From positions 552,713 to 616,712 of the forward strand of contig OZ242164.1 in the NCBI GenBank assembly GCA_965205335.1: a DNA stretch of 64,000 nt. Direction: 5' to 3'. The notes beneath the pieces were generated by a model. It was given only the letters and a program-made list of their open reading frames with translations. It did no database searches and was not told where the DNA came from. A program made the translations under genes and the position numbers. This document shows, piece by piece, positions 28,679-38,108 of the stretch. Source of the DNA: Candidatus Woesearchaeota archaeon (GTDB lineage: Archaea > Nanobdellota > Nanobdellia > Woesearchaeales > UBA583). Every line of letters begins with the position of its first letter. Position 1 is the stretch's first letter.

Positions 28679-29116
28679 ATGATGAAAAAACACAAATTCA
28701 AAGGAATAGAATATAAAAGCACAGGTGAGTATGAAATTGCTAAATTTCTAACAAGTCTTGATTTAGAATTTGAATATGAATTTCCAATAGCTATAGTTGA
28801 TAATAAAAAACCAAAATTATGGTACCCAGATTTCTATCTAAAAGAATACCAAGTAGTGATAGAATATTTTGGAATGTACAATTATAACAAAGTGTATAAA
28901 GACAATGCAGAACATAAAAAAGAGATATACAAACAATGTGGAATTCAGTTTGTTGCAATATATCACATAAGTAAAAATTGGCAGGAATATCTACTAAAAA
29001 CAATTCTTACGCATCAGGAAATAAAAGCCAAAAAGATGACATCCATCTTAGATAAATTTGAGAAGAAAAATAAAGGTTTTGCAAAAAAATTCAGATGGGA
29101 TTTCTGGAAGCATTAG
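28679..29116 (+). CDS. Hypothetical protein with a PD-(D/E)xK-like nuclease motif
   Basis: E...YPDFYL...VVIEYFGMYNYNK has spacing consistent with E-PD-ExK. Confidence 0.35.
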   Translation: MMKKHKFKGIEYKSTGEYEIAKFLTSLDLEFEYEFPIAIVDNKKPKLWYPDFYLKEYQVVIEYFGMYNYNKVYKDNAEHKKEIYKQCGIQFVAIYHISKNWQEYLLKTILTHQEIKAKKMTSILDKFEKKNKGFAKKFRWDFWKH

Positions 29117-29117
29117 A

Positions 29118-29438
29118 ATGAAAGAAATTAAAACTGAAAATAAATTACATGTATTTGTTTGTGTAAATGAGAGAATTAACAAAGATTCCTGCTCACATAC
29201 AATTTCTCAAAAAGATTTTTATGAATTAAAAAAATGGGCGAAAGAAGAAGGACTAATTCCCAATATATTCATAACAAAAACAGGCTGTCTTGGATTCTGT
29301 AACCCTATTGGAGGATGCATTGCAATATATCCTAATAAGAAATTCTACTCCGAAATAAAATCAATAGACGAAATAAAGGAAATAATTAGAAAATTTTCAA
29401 AAGAGAATTTAGAAAATACTTTGGAAATGAAAGTTTAA
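29118..29438 (+). CDS. Thioredoxin-like [2Fe-2S] ferredoxin-domain protein
   Basis: VFVCVNER...SCSH...GCLGFCNPIGGC gives four Cys in a NuoE-like arrangement; start set at Met after the upstream stop. Confidence 0.45.
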   Translation: MKEIKTENKLHVFVCVNERINKDSCSHTISQKDFYELKKWAKEEGLIPNIFITKTGCLGFCNPIGGCIAIYPNKKFYSEIKSIDEIKEIIRKFSKENLENTLEMKV

Positions 29439-29528
29439 GGAATATTTGCATAAATGAATTTAAACAATTTTGATAATATTGATTTCACAAAACCTTATAA
29501 ATCAAAATTCATTACTAATTAGTTAAGA

Positions 29529-30521
29529 GTGGTGTCTTTGTTAAGGGAGAAAACTAACAGTTCAGAAAACCATAGACTGGAACAAAGATTAGAAGGTTGG
29601 AGAAGATTAGACTATTTAGGAAGAGAATACGTTAGATTATACAAAGATTTAGTCCATGAAGATGAGCAAGGTAATCCATTACCATTTGAAGAAACCCCTA
29701 AAATGAGATCTACTAAAGACGAAATTCTCACAAAAATTCAGCGTTATTTACATTATCTAATGAGGGAAATTGTTTTCAAAGGCAAAACAATAAATCTGAG
29801 AGGTAGAGAAGTTGGACTTTCCCTATTTGGTAATCCAGAATGGGTGAATAATAGAGAGTATCTTCTCAATGAAGTAATTCAGGATGCAAACTTAGCAATT
29901 CTTGAAAATTTACATAAATACAATCCAGAATTTGCCTTCTCACAATATGTTTCTCTTATGTTTGTAACAGGTGTTAAAAGATATATGAATAAAAGAAGAG
30001 GTTTAATCAGAATCTCCATTCATAGACAATCACCTTTTTTTTGGAAATGTCTAAGCAAATCAAACGGATTAGAAGATTTTGTTAGATTAGTTAATAAAGA
30101 AACAGGATTGAAGGATAATGCATGCTGTGCTATTTACTTTGGATTAACAAATGAGTATGAACCTCTCTTTGAAGAACCCCAATATAAACAAGAAGATGGG
30201 AGTACTGCCCCTCTATCTTATGAGGAAAGCCTTGCAGATGAATCCTTATCAGGAAGAGACCCTTTAAAAATATTTGAGAAATTTGAACTTCGTGAAAATA
30301 CCAGATATGTTTTAAGTGAGACACGACTAACCAAACGTGAACGAGATATAATCTCTCTTCATTTTGGATTAGACAATAATAAAGAGTTAACTTTAGAAGA
30401 AATTGGAAAAAGGTATGGTGTAACAAGAGAGGCAATCCGACAGATTGAAGCGGAAGCATTTAAAAAATTACGCAGAAGAACTCTTAATACCCCTCACCTT
30501 AAAGAATATCTTGGTTCTTAA
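29529..30521 (+). CDS. Sigma-70-family RNA polymerase sigma factor-like protein (regions 2 and 4)
   Basis: LNEVIQDANLAILENLHKYNPEFAFSQYVSLMFVTGVKRYMNKRRGLIRISIH aligns with sigma region 2 (LIQEGNIGLMKAVEKFDPE...TIRIPVH). DIISLHFGLDNNKELTLEEIGKRYGVTREAIRQIEAEAFKKLR is a textbook region 4.2 HTH. GTG start lies 26 nt from TATA ccttataaatc. Confidence 0.65.
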   Translation: MVSLLREKTNSSENHRLEQRLEGWRRLDYLGREYVRLYKDLVHEDEQGNPLPFEETPKMRSTKDEILTKIQRYLHYLMREIVFKGKTINLRGREVGLSLFGNPEWVNNREYLLNEVIQDANLAILENLHKYNPEFAFSQYVSLMFVTGVKRYMNKRRGLIRISIHRQSPFFWKCLSKSNGLEDFVRLVNKETGLKDNACCAIYFGLTNEYEPLFEEPQYKQEDGSTAPLSYEESLADESLSGRDPLKIFEKFELRENTRYVLSETRLTKRERDIISLHFGLDNNKELTLEEIGKRYGVTREAIRQIEAEAFKKLRRRTLNTPHLKEYLGS

Positions 30522-30639
30522 ACTTAATCTCTATACAACTTTAGAAGTTGGAACACAGTAAACAAAAAAGAAGTTTTAAATACATATTTAAAACAACACA
30601 TATTCTAATATACAAAGAAAATCTATATGGTGATAAGTA

Positions 30640-31683
30640 ATGAAATTAGTAAAAACAATTCTTAGCATATTTATAGTTGCCCTCACTCTATTTCTTGTAT
30701 TTATCCTATGGGCTTCATCTCAAAGTGGCATAGCACACCAGATAAATGGCGTACACACTACAACAAACACATCCTATAACTCTCCCTATGAAAGTTTAGA
30801 CAACAATAAAATAATAATAGCAACATATAATATTGGATATTTTTCATATCTTTCAAATATGGGTTTATATATTGATAAGAATATCAATGAATCCTTCCAG
30901 AAATTTGACAAACGCCCATCCAAGAACATATATGATACCGCAGAGAAGACATTTCAAAAAATAATGAAAGACAAACAAATAGATATACTTGCCACACAGG
31001 AAGTTGATTTTAAAGCATATCGCTCATACCATGCTAATCAGGGAGAGATAATTACATCACTCCTATCATTTCCTTATTCTGCATACATAGTAACATGGGA
31101 TAAAACTTTTGTACCATACCCCTATTCATTTGATTACGCAACACGTGATGTAGTTTCAGGACAGGGAGTATTTTCACGCCACCGTATTATCTCGCAGGAA
31201 ACCATTAGCCTCCCTCAATCAGGCGGAATCCTTCGCCGGCACTTTGATTTTAAAAAAAAGATACAAATAATAAGTATGGAAATTGACAAAGAAGTTGTAT
31301 ATATCATACACGCGCATCTTGATGCCTTTGATGCAGATACCAACTTTAAACAGGGACAGATACTTTTTGATACATATAAAAAAACTAAAGAGAAGGGTCC
31401 AACAATTGTACTTGGCGATTTCAACAATGATATAAAAACAGAAAAAGGGGAGAATGCTCTCTCAATATTTTTAAAATCTGATGAGATCGCACATATCTCG
31501 CAAGAGCCTCTTGATGAAAATTTCTATACATACCCATCAAATAACCCCATATTTCCTATTGATCACATACTATATGACCCAGATCATTTCTCTGTTGAAA
31601 AATGGGAAGTACTTAATATCTCAGGGGTATCTGATCACCTTCCAGTTATCGCAACACTGCATCTTATTAACAAATCACAATAA
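30640..31683 (+). CDS. Secreted endonuclease/exonuclease/phosphatase (EEP) family hydrolase
   Basis: Signal/TM; IATYNIGYF, LATQEVD, VLGDFNN, SDHLPVIATL are EEP catalytic motifs. Confidence 0.7.
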   Translation: MKLVKTILSIFIVALTLFLVFILWASSQSGIAHQINGVHTTTNTSYNSPYESLDNNKIIIATYNIGYFSYLSNMGLYIDKNINESFQKFDKRPSKNIYDTAEKTFQKIMKDKQIDILATQEVDFKAYRSYHANQGEIITSLLSFPYSAYIVTWDKTFVPYPYSFDYATRDVVSGQGVFSRHRIISQETISLPQSGGILRRHFDFKKKIQIISMEIDKEVVYIIHAHLDAFDADTNFKQGQILFDTYKKTKEKGPTIVLGDFNNDIKTEKGENALSIFLKSDEIAHISQEPLDENFYTYPSNNPIFPIDHILYDPDHFSVEKWEVLNISGVSDHLPVIATLHLINKSQ

Positions 31684-31706
31684 CCAAAAGGAAAATCAAA
31701 AAATCT

Positions 31707-33845
31707 CTAAACTTTTTTAACCAAATCCTTATAATACATAAGTCCCAACTGAGGTCCTTTCTTTGTCACAACATTGGCGCTATTTCCCGCTGCATACTCC
31801 ATTGCCTTTTTAATTGTACATCCCTTTGAATAAAAATACATAAAAGTTGCTCCAAAACAATCCCCTGCTCCTGTTGTATCAACAATCTTATCTGGCTTGA
31901 ATGCAGCAGTAAAATACTCCATATTCCCATCATAAGCGTAAGAACCATTCGCTCCATCCGTTACAATAACCAACTCACACGCAAGTTTCTTCAAACCCCT
32001 AAGAACAGAACTAAAAGACTGCTCCTTTCCCAAAATCTCACAAGCCTCCTCATAATTCAAAATAATAACATCACAAATCCTAATTAAATCCATTAACTTA
32101 GGTTCAGTGTGAATTAAAGAAGGACTTGCTCCATAAAAAATCTTTGCTCTCTTATTTCTCTTCTTTATAATCTTAGCAAGCTCTAACTGAGTCTTAAAAC
32201 TCTCCCCACTAAGAGCTGTAAAATAATAAAAATTTGAAGAAAATTTATTATAATCAAAATTATCTAACTCTAAAAACTGATTTGAACCCCTATAAGTAAT
32301 AATCAATCTGTCATTATCTTTTGTATCCAAAAGAATTGACTTGGCAATTGGTTTTTTTGTCTTCTTTGACTCAATTAATCTCACATTCTCTATATCAAGC
32401 CTCTCCTTTAAAAAATCAAACTCATTATATGAAATTTTTCCTAAATAGGCAACCCTTGCTCCCAACCTTGCAAGACAAACAGACATATTAACTCCCCCCC
32501 CCCCAAGTTCTTTCTTAAAATCATCCTTAACCCTAACTTTCTCACCAATATACAAATTTGAGAACTTCTCATTAACACTAACCACTGTATCCAAAACATT
32601 TGAACCCACTACTATAAAATCCTCTCTTCCTTCAAACTTAGAACATAACATCTCAAGAACTTCAATTCCAAAAAGTCTCTCATTTGACAAAAACTTAACC
32701 AAAGCCCCTCCAGCAAGACTAACATACGAAAACTTATCCAAACACTTGAACTTCTCTGCAACAGTTACACTATGCCCTCCTCCCACAAAAGAAAACCCCT
32801 TTGAATTTACAATCTCTCTTAGAATGCTCTTAGTTCCAACATCACACCCTTTAAGCTCAAAATTCCCGCAAGGCCCCTTCAAATAAATACCTCCTGCCTG
32901 CCTTAACAATAACGAATACTTTCTTATAGTATCACTTCCTATATCATTTATCATATTCTTATCCAAAAACTTCCTATTACTACCCAACCCACTTGCTTTT
33001 ATCTCAACCCTTCTTCCATTCAAAACTAATGCAACATCACTTGGAAATAAAATCTTCTTTGGATACTTTCTAAGAAGTCCCCTTAAATCCTTCTCAACTG
33101 ATAAATAATTATTCTCTCTTAGAAAATCCAGTTTCTTCCCCAGATAAAAACCATTAACATGCAGTGCAATCTCCCCAATAACACCTGTTAGCAAAATACA
33201 ATCAACTTCCTTTAACCTAAGAGACTTCTCAATCAAAGGAATTAAATCATCAGGCTTAGCTCCTCCAAAAACATATACTAATGGCCTATGAACTAATGAA
33301 ATACTATTTAACCCTCTAAGTTCTCTATCCATTAACCTTCCTGCAATTACTGGAATCTTTGAAAAACCAACAACAGACGTCTGCTTCCTATGACATACAG
33401 AAAACGCATCAAAAACATAATAATCGAAAACCCTCTCAAGCGACTTTATAATATTACCCTTCTTATTTACATCCAACTCATCATCATAGAACCTCAAATT
33501 CTCAAGCAAAAGAATCTCCCCACATTTTAGAGATAAAATCCTATCATCTCTTCTCTTATCATCCAAATCACAAAAACCAATCTTCCTATTAATACACTTT
33601 GAAATCAGCTTAGAATGCTGCTTTAAAGAAATACAATCCACCTTCCCAGTCCTGCCCTGATGCGCCAAAATAACTACTCTTGCTCCCTTACTTACAAGTT
33701 CATCTATTGTCGAAGACGCCTTAACAATTCTCTCATTTAGAACCACCTTTGACTTAATAACAGGAGAATTAATATCAATCCTTAGCCCTACAATCCTATC
33801 CTTTAAATCAAAACTATCAAGAGTGAAATAATTATGCATAAACAC
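31707..33845 (-). CDS. pgk: Fusion protein: phosphoglycerate kinase (N-terminal, about 400 aa) plus PfkB-family carbohydrate or nucleoside kinase (C-terminal, about 300 aa)
   Basis: PGK: RIDINSPV...VVILAHQGRTG...LLLENLRFY. PfkB: GGGGVNMSVCLARLG ... DTTGAGDCFGATFMY...GNSANVV. Confidence 0.75.
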   Translation of the reverse strand: MFMHNYFTLDSFDLKDRIVGLRIDINSPVIKSKVVLNERIVKASSTIDELVSKGARVVILAHQGRTGKVDCISLKQHSKLISKCINRKIGFCDLDDKRRDDRILSLKCGEILLLENLRFYDDELDVNKKGNIIKSLERVFDYYVFDAFSVCHRKQTSVVGFSKIPVIAGRLMDRELRGLNSISLVHRPLVYVFGGAKPDDLIPLIEKSLRLKEVDCILLTGVIGEIALHVNGFYLGKKLDFLRENNYLSVEKDLRGLLRKYPKKILFPSDVALVLNGRRVEIKASGLGSNRKFLDKNMINDIGSDTIRKYSLLLRQAGGIYLKGPCGNFELKGCDVGTKSILREIVNSKGFSFVGGGHSVTVAEKFKCLDKFSYVSLAGGALVKFLSNERLFGIEVLEMLCSKFEGREDFIVVGSNVLDTVVSVNEKFSNLYIGEKVRVKDDFKKELGGGGVNMSVCLARLGARVAYLGKISYNEFDFLKERLDIENVRLIESKKTKKPIAKSILLDTKDNDRLIITYRGSNQFLELDNFDYNKFSSNFYYFTALSGESFKTQLELAKIIKKRNKRAKIFYGASPSLIHTEPKLMDLIRICDVIILNYEEACEILGKEQSFSSVLRGLKKLACELVIVTDGANGSYAYDGNMEYFTAAFKPDKIVDTTGAGDCFGATFMYFYSKGCTIKKAMEYAAGNSANVVTKKGPQLGLMYYKDLVKKV

Positions 33846-34035
33846 ACAACAATAAAAACCAATAAAAGAAATTATATAAACTCAATAGAGAAGACTACCC
33901 AAAATAAACCCAAAACATTCCCCTGTCGTTGTTGACTTTAGCCTTTCAAAAACTCTTATTTTCTAAAAGGAAACCAGAATTAACCCCCTTAAAATAATTA
34001 ATAACTTATATAATACTCCTAATGATAATTCTATT

Positions 34036-36360
34036 ATGAATACAAAAACAAAAGCCGCCCAAAAAGTTGTCCAGAAAAAGTCCCAAGCAAAACGTACAAA
34101 AAAAGCAGAAACAGTTGTTACAAAAGAAGATGCAAAACTCTTAGATGATACTCTAAATATGGTTAAATCACTAAACCAAAAAATTAGTACTGTCAGTAAA
34201 GCAAAAACAAAACTCCAAAAGGATGTATCAGAACTAAGCAGAAGAATTGACTCAAAGGATAAAAACCAAACAGATGATTCAAAGTTAAAAGACGAAATAA
34301 TAGAAGAATTTAAACCAATCTTTAATAAACTAAATCCTCAGACATTAAAAACCCAGTTAAATAAAGAAATTAATTCATCCCTTAAACAGGAAATTGAAAA
34401 AGCAAAATCCCAAGTAAAATCAGATACGAAAAAAGGAGCAGAAGAAATCTCAAAGAAAGTAGCACATTTAGAGAAGGATTTAATGCAGTCAATAAAATCA
34501 AATGAAAAACTAAAAAATGAACTAAACAGATTAAGCAACTCAAAATTAGGTGAAGATATTTTTATAGGAGTTGAAAAGAAAATCCGTGAACATGTTGAAA
34601 TCTCCCTAAGAAAAATTTCAAAGGAAATTTCAGAGTTAAGAGTTAATCCACAAGGACATCAGGACAAATCCTTAAACAATAAGATAAGTAACATTGAAAA
34701 GTCTTTAAACAAACTTGAAAAGGAATTGAAAAAAACAGAGGATAAAACATCTAAAAGCATTCAAAAAGAAGTAGAAAACATCAAAAAGAAGATTCTAAGC
34801 GATTTGAAATCAAAAGATTTAAACCATAAAAGAGAACTTGAAGTATTTAAGATTGAAGTATCAAAGCATATCAGGGCATTACTTGATGGATTACATGCAG
34901 AATACAACCTACTAAAAGAGAAGGCTCAGGAGTCCCAGATGGAAGAAGAGAAATTCTTAGAGGAAGTAGCGCAGGGAAATTTGGACAGATATGAATTATT
35001 TTCACAAAGGGTTGATAAGGCAATAAAATCAAACAAAGAAACCGAAGAGAAACTTGTGGAATTAACTTATAACAATAAAGTTGAACTTGAAAACATATTT
35101 GCGCAGCAAATCAAAGAGGACTTAGCACAGAAAACAATTTCCAATAATGAGTTCTTATTAAATCTAAAAAAATTAGCAAAAGAGAAACAGGAGGAATTGT
35201 CAGAGAATATTGATAACAAATTAGTTAATTCAGTTGCCCAATTTGAAGGAAAGTTTCATGAGTACATGCAGGATTTTGACAAGGCCTTAAAGGAGAAAGA
35301 AAAAGAGTTTTTAGAAAAGTTAAAAGTAGTTGAGAATGAACGTTATGAAGTTATCTCTCAAATGGAAGAATTTAAAGAAGAAATATCAAAATTAACAAAA
35401 GAATATATGGCAAACCTTCATGATGAACTTGAGAGAATTAAGAAAAAAGAAGTTAAATTAGGTAATGAGAAAAACCAGTTTCTTGTACATATCAATGAAT
35501 CATCAAAGGCAAGAAAATTAGAAATTGAAGATCTTGCAAATCAAATGAAAGATAGAGTTAAGGGAGTTTTAGAGGAAGAGAGAGACGCATTTGACAGACA
35601 TGAAGAAACATTTAGAGGAGTGTTTTATGAAAAAGTCCAGAATCTGCATGATTTCTCAAAGAAAAAACTAGAAAATATTGAAAGAAAGTTTGTTGACAAG
35701 AATCTAAAATATGTTAGTGATAAAATTAATTCAATGCTTGAACCTCTAAGATTACTTGAAGAAAGTGTCAATGCAAAGGAAGGTGAAATTTCAAAATTAG
35801 GTCAGGAAATCAACAGCAAACAGGAAGTCTTCTTAGAAGATTTTCATTCACATCAAAAGAATTTAAATCAGGATTTTACAAAACTTGAGAAAAAGTTAAA
35901 TGAAAAACTTGAAGATTCAGACAAGCAAATTATAAAATCAAGAAGTGTTGTCAAAGCTATTCTTGAAGAAGTTGAATTCTCAATGACAAAAATGGATAAT
36001 TTAATCAATTCAAAGATAGAGGAAATTAATGCAGGCTTAAACAGATTAAAATCCATAGAAAGTAGACTCGTGGGAATTTCACAAATAGATTATAAGATTA
36101 ATCAGATAGAATCAAATATGAACAATATGCATGGTAAAATCAATGAAATTGAAAATCTAAATCATACACATGGGTTTGAATCACTTAATTTATTAGTTTC
36201 AACAATTGGAGAATACGAGCAAAATTTAATTGCCTTAGTAAAATCACTTAAATCAGAAGGAGTTTCAGAAGAGCACATTAAAACCATTCTAAGACAGAAA
36301 GGTCACCCTATGCTATATGTCTCAATGGTCTTGGAAAATCTGAACTTCTTAGAGCACTAA
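34036..36360 (+). CDS. Long coiled-coil protein (774 aa, Lys/Glu-rich), function unknown
   Basis: Heptad-rich low-complexity sequence throughout; no enzymatic motifs. Confidence 0.5.
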   Translation: MNTKTKAAQKVVQKKSQAKRTKKAETVVTKEDAKLLDDTLNMVKSLNQKISTVSKAKTKLQKDVSELSRRIDSKDKNQTDDSKLKDEIIEEFKPIFNKLNPQTLKTQLNKEINSSLKQEIEKAKSQVKSDTKKGAEEISKKVAHLEKDLMQSIKSNEKLKNELNRLSNSKLGEDIFIGVEKKIREHVEISLRKISKEISELRVNPQGHQDKSLNNKISNIEKSLNKLEKELKKTEDKTSKSIQKEVENIKKKILSDLKSKDLNHKRELEVFKIEVSKHIRALLDGLHAEYNLLKEKAQESQMEEEKFLEEVAQGNLDRYELFSQRVDKAIKSNKETEEKLVELTYNNKVELENIFAQQIKEDLAQKTISNNEFLLNLKKLAKEKQEELSENIDNKLVNSVAQFEGKFHEYMQDFDKALKEKEKEFLEKLKVVENERYEVISQMEEFKEEISKLTKEYMANLHDELERIKKKEVKLGNEKNQFLVHINESSKARKLEIEDLANQMKDRVKGVLEEERDAFDRHEETFRGVFYEKVQNLHDFSKKKLENIERKFVDKNLKYVSDKINSMLEPLRLLEESVNAKEGEISKLGQEINSKQEVFLEDFHSHQKNLNQDFTKLEKKLNEKLEDSDKQIIKSRSVVKAILEEVEFSMTKMDNLINSKIEEINAGLNRLKSIESRLVGISQIDYKINQIESNMNNMHGKINEIENLNHTHGFESLNLLVSTIGEYEQNLIALVKSLKSEGVSEEHIKTILRQKGHPMLYVSMVLENLNFLEH

Positions 36361-36374
36361 ATTTTTTAATGCTA

Positions 36375-37223
36375 TCAATTAATACTTTCTATTTCAACAG
36401 GCTTTGTACGATAAGTAACTAAAAACTCTGACTTATCGTACAACAGGTTAGCAGTAATTCCCAAGTTTTCCATTTCCATAATAAGAACGCAAATATTATG
36501 GCATACAATTTTACATAACACTTCGTTTACCTGTGCTGTCCTGTTTTTAGATTTAACATTATCCCCAAACTTCTTTTTCACCATACTAAATGTAGTTTCA
36601 ACATTACTTCGTTTATGATAATGTTCCATAAACTCATCCTGATTATAAAGGAAATAATGTAATGCTTTCTTCCAGATTATACCTCGTTTATGTTTGGATT
36701 TTTCATTTACATTATTTTTGAAAGGAATATAAGGAACTGCTCCTACTTCATTGATTGCTTCTAAGTTTTCCTTACTGATATACGCCTTATCTCCTGAAAA
36801 CTCCTCTATTGTGAAGACTTCATTAGTCTTATCCAGTAACTCTTTTAACTGTGGGCTGTCGTGGTCAAATTCAGACGTTATTTTAACTGCTGGAATGATG
36901 TTAGTATGAACTCCTGAAACTATGTGACATTTAACCCATTTCTTATATCTGTCCTGTGTGGAATGCTTATACTTATTCCAGTTCTGCACTATTGACGTAC
37001 CAAATCCCGAACTGTCTATTGCAAAATTGGTTTCAACTTCTTTCAATGGCTGTGATGTAATCTTAATCAGGTTGTGCAGAATCTCTGAAACCTCTTTTTT
37101 ATTAAAGTAAACTTTAAGTGTTGTAAATGGAACTTCCTTAGTTATGTACTCAAAATCCTTGCTTAACTGCATATCACAGGTAAATCTACGCCCAGAAACC
37201 CCTGAATACACTTTAAATATCAT
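36375..37223 (-). CDS. IS transposase orfB (DDE_Tnp_1 / IS4-IS5-like catalytic domain)
   Basis: DSSG...GDKAY...YHKRSNVETTFSMVKKKFG (Y-x2-R-x3-E-x6-K signature). The ORF reads through the left TIR into flanking DNA for its last 8 codons. Confidence 0.75.
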   Translation of the reverse strand: MIFKVYSGVSGRRFTCDMQLSKDFEYITKEVPFTTLKVYFNKKEVSEILHNLIKITSQPLKEVETNFAIDSSGFGTSIVQNWNKYKHSTQDRYKKWVKCHIVSGVHTNIIPAVKITSEFDHDSPQLKELLDKTNEVFTIEEFSGDKAYISKENLEAINEVGAVPYIPFKNNVNEKSKHKRGIIWKKALHYFLYNQDEFMEHYHKRSNVETTFSMVKKKFGDNVKSKNRTAQVNEVLCKIVCHNICVLIMEMENLGITANLLYDKSEFLVTYRTKPVEIESIN

Positions 37224-38062
37224 TGAGTTAAAATATCGTGTATAGGTGTTTTAGGTCGCCCAAACTTATAACCTTCCTCCTGTGAGTTCTTAACTAAATC
37301 GCTCAACAATTTCATAAACTTGTCCTTCTCTGTTTTCTGTGCCTCATCATAAGCACTCCAATTCTGTGTGTATATCTTCTTAGTTACTTCCTGTTTTAAA
37401 GTTCCGTCGGTATAAATTGTCTGAGTTACAGTATATTCTACTGCAAAGATATGCTTACATTTAGAGTGACGCTTCTTATAGTCCATACAACTGCATTTAG
37501 CACCAAAACCATTACTCTTAACCACATAGCACATTTTAGTATTCGTTTGGCTCGTACTATCTACGTTGTATCATTCTCCTTCTTAATCTTGAAGTCCTTT
37601 GCAATTTCAAGACCTCTTTCTTGTCTTAAGTTTTGTTGTGGTTGTTTGTTTTGTACCATAATAAGTAATAATTATTACTCTTAAAATATTTATTAATACC
37701 TATACCTAATAATCCTGAAAAAATATCCTAAATTATTAAAGAGAATATAAAAATTGCTAAAAAGTCAAGAATAGAGGAATTAAAAGCAATGTCCAAAATT
37801 AATGAAACTCCTATAATTTCAATTTTTGGTTCAATACAAAAAAACTAAGGACAAAAACATTTAAATATCTCTACCTTTTTATTGTATAAGAGATTTCGCT
37901 TAATTTCACTCGTGGTTGTTTGTTTTTAGGCGAAATCTCTCTTATTTTTAAATAATATATATAAATATTAAAGTTTAGTAAATTTTATGACAAACCAAGT
38001 AATTTAAGACTTTTCGTACAGATTCCTTACTTTTCGTACAAAACACACTTTTCGTACAAAGC
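36400..38062 (-). mobile_element. IS element (1663 bp) of the IS4/IS5-type DDE superfamily with a separate SWIM-zinc-finger orfA
   Basis: 17-bp TIRs GGCTTTGTACGATAAGT (36400-36416) and ACTTTTCGTACAAAGCC (38046-38062). 9-bp direct target duplication ATTTCAACA at 36391-36399 and 38063-38071. Three subterminal acttttcgtaca repeats at 38010-38062. Confidence 0.7.
37220..37534 (-). CDS. IS orfA: SWIM zinc-finger DNA-binding protein
   Basis: CSCMDYKKRHSKCKHIF (CxCxnCxH SWIM); stop overlaps the orfB start in ATGA, indicating translational coupling. Confidence 0.6.
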   Translation of the reverse strand: MCYVVKSNGFGAKCSCMDYKKRHSKCKHIFAVEYTVTQTIYTDGTLKQEVTKKIYTQNWSAYDEAQKTEKDKFMKLLSDLVKNSQEEGYKFGRPKTPIHDILTQ

Positions 38063-38108
38063 CATTTCAACAATAATCTTTATAAAAGAATTCCAATTAT
38101 TTTCAAGT

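Noticed and set aside
29529-30521. Interpretation as archaeal TFB or another HTH regulator
   Set aside because: There are no TFB Zn-ribbon or cyclin repeats. Both sigma region 2 and region 4.2 consensus are present.
37220-37223. Programmed -1 frameshift fusing IS orfA and orfB
   Set aside because: There is no slippery heptamer. The junction is a simple ATGA stop/start overlap, indicating translational coupling of two proteins.
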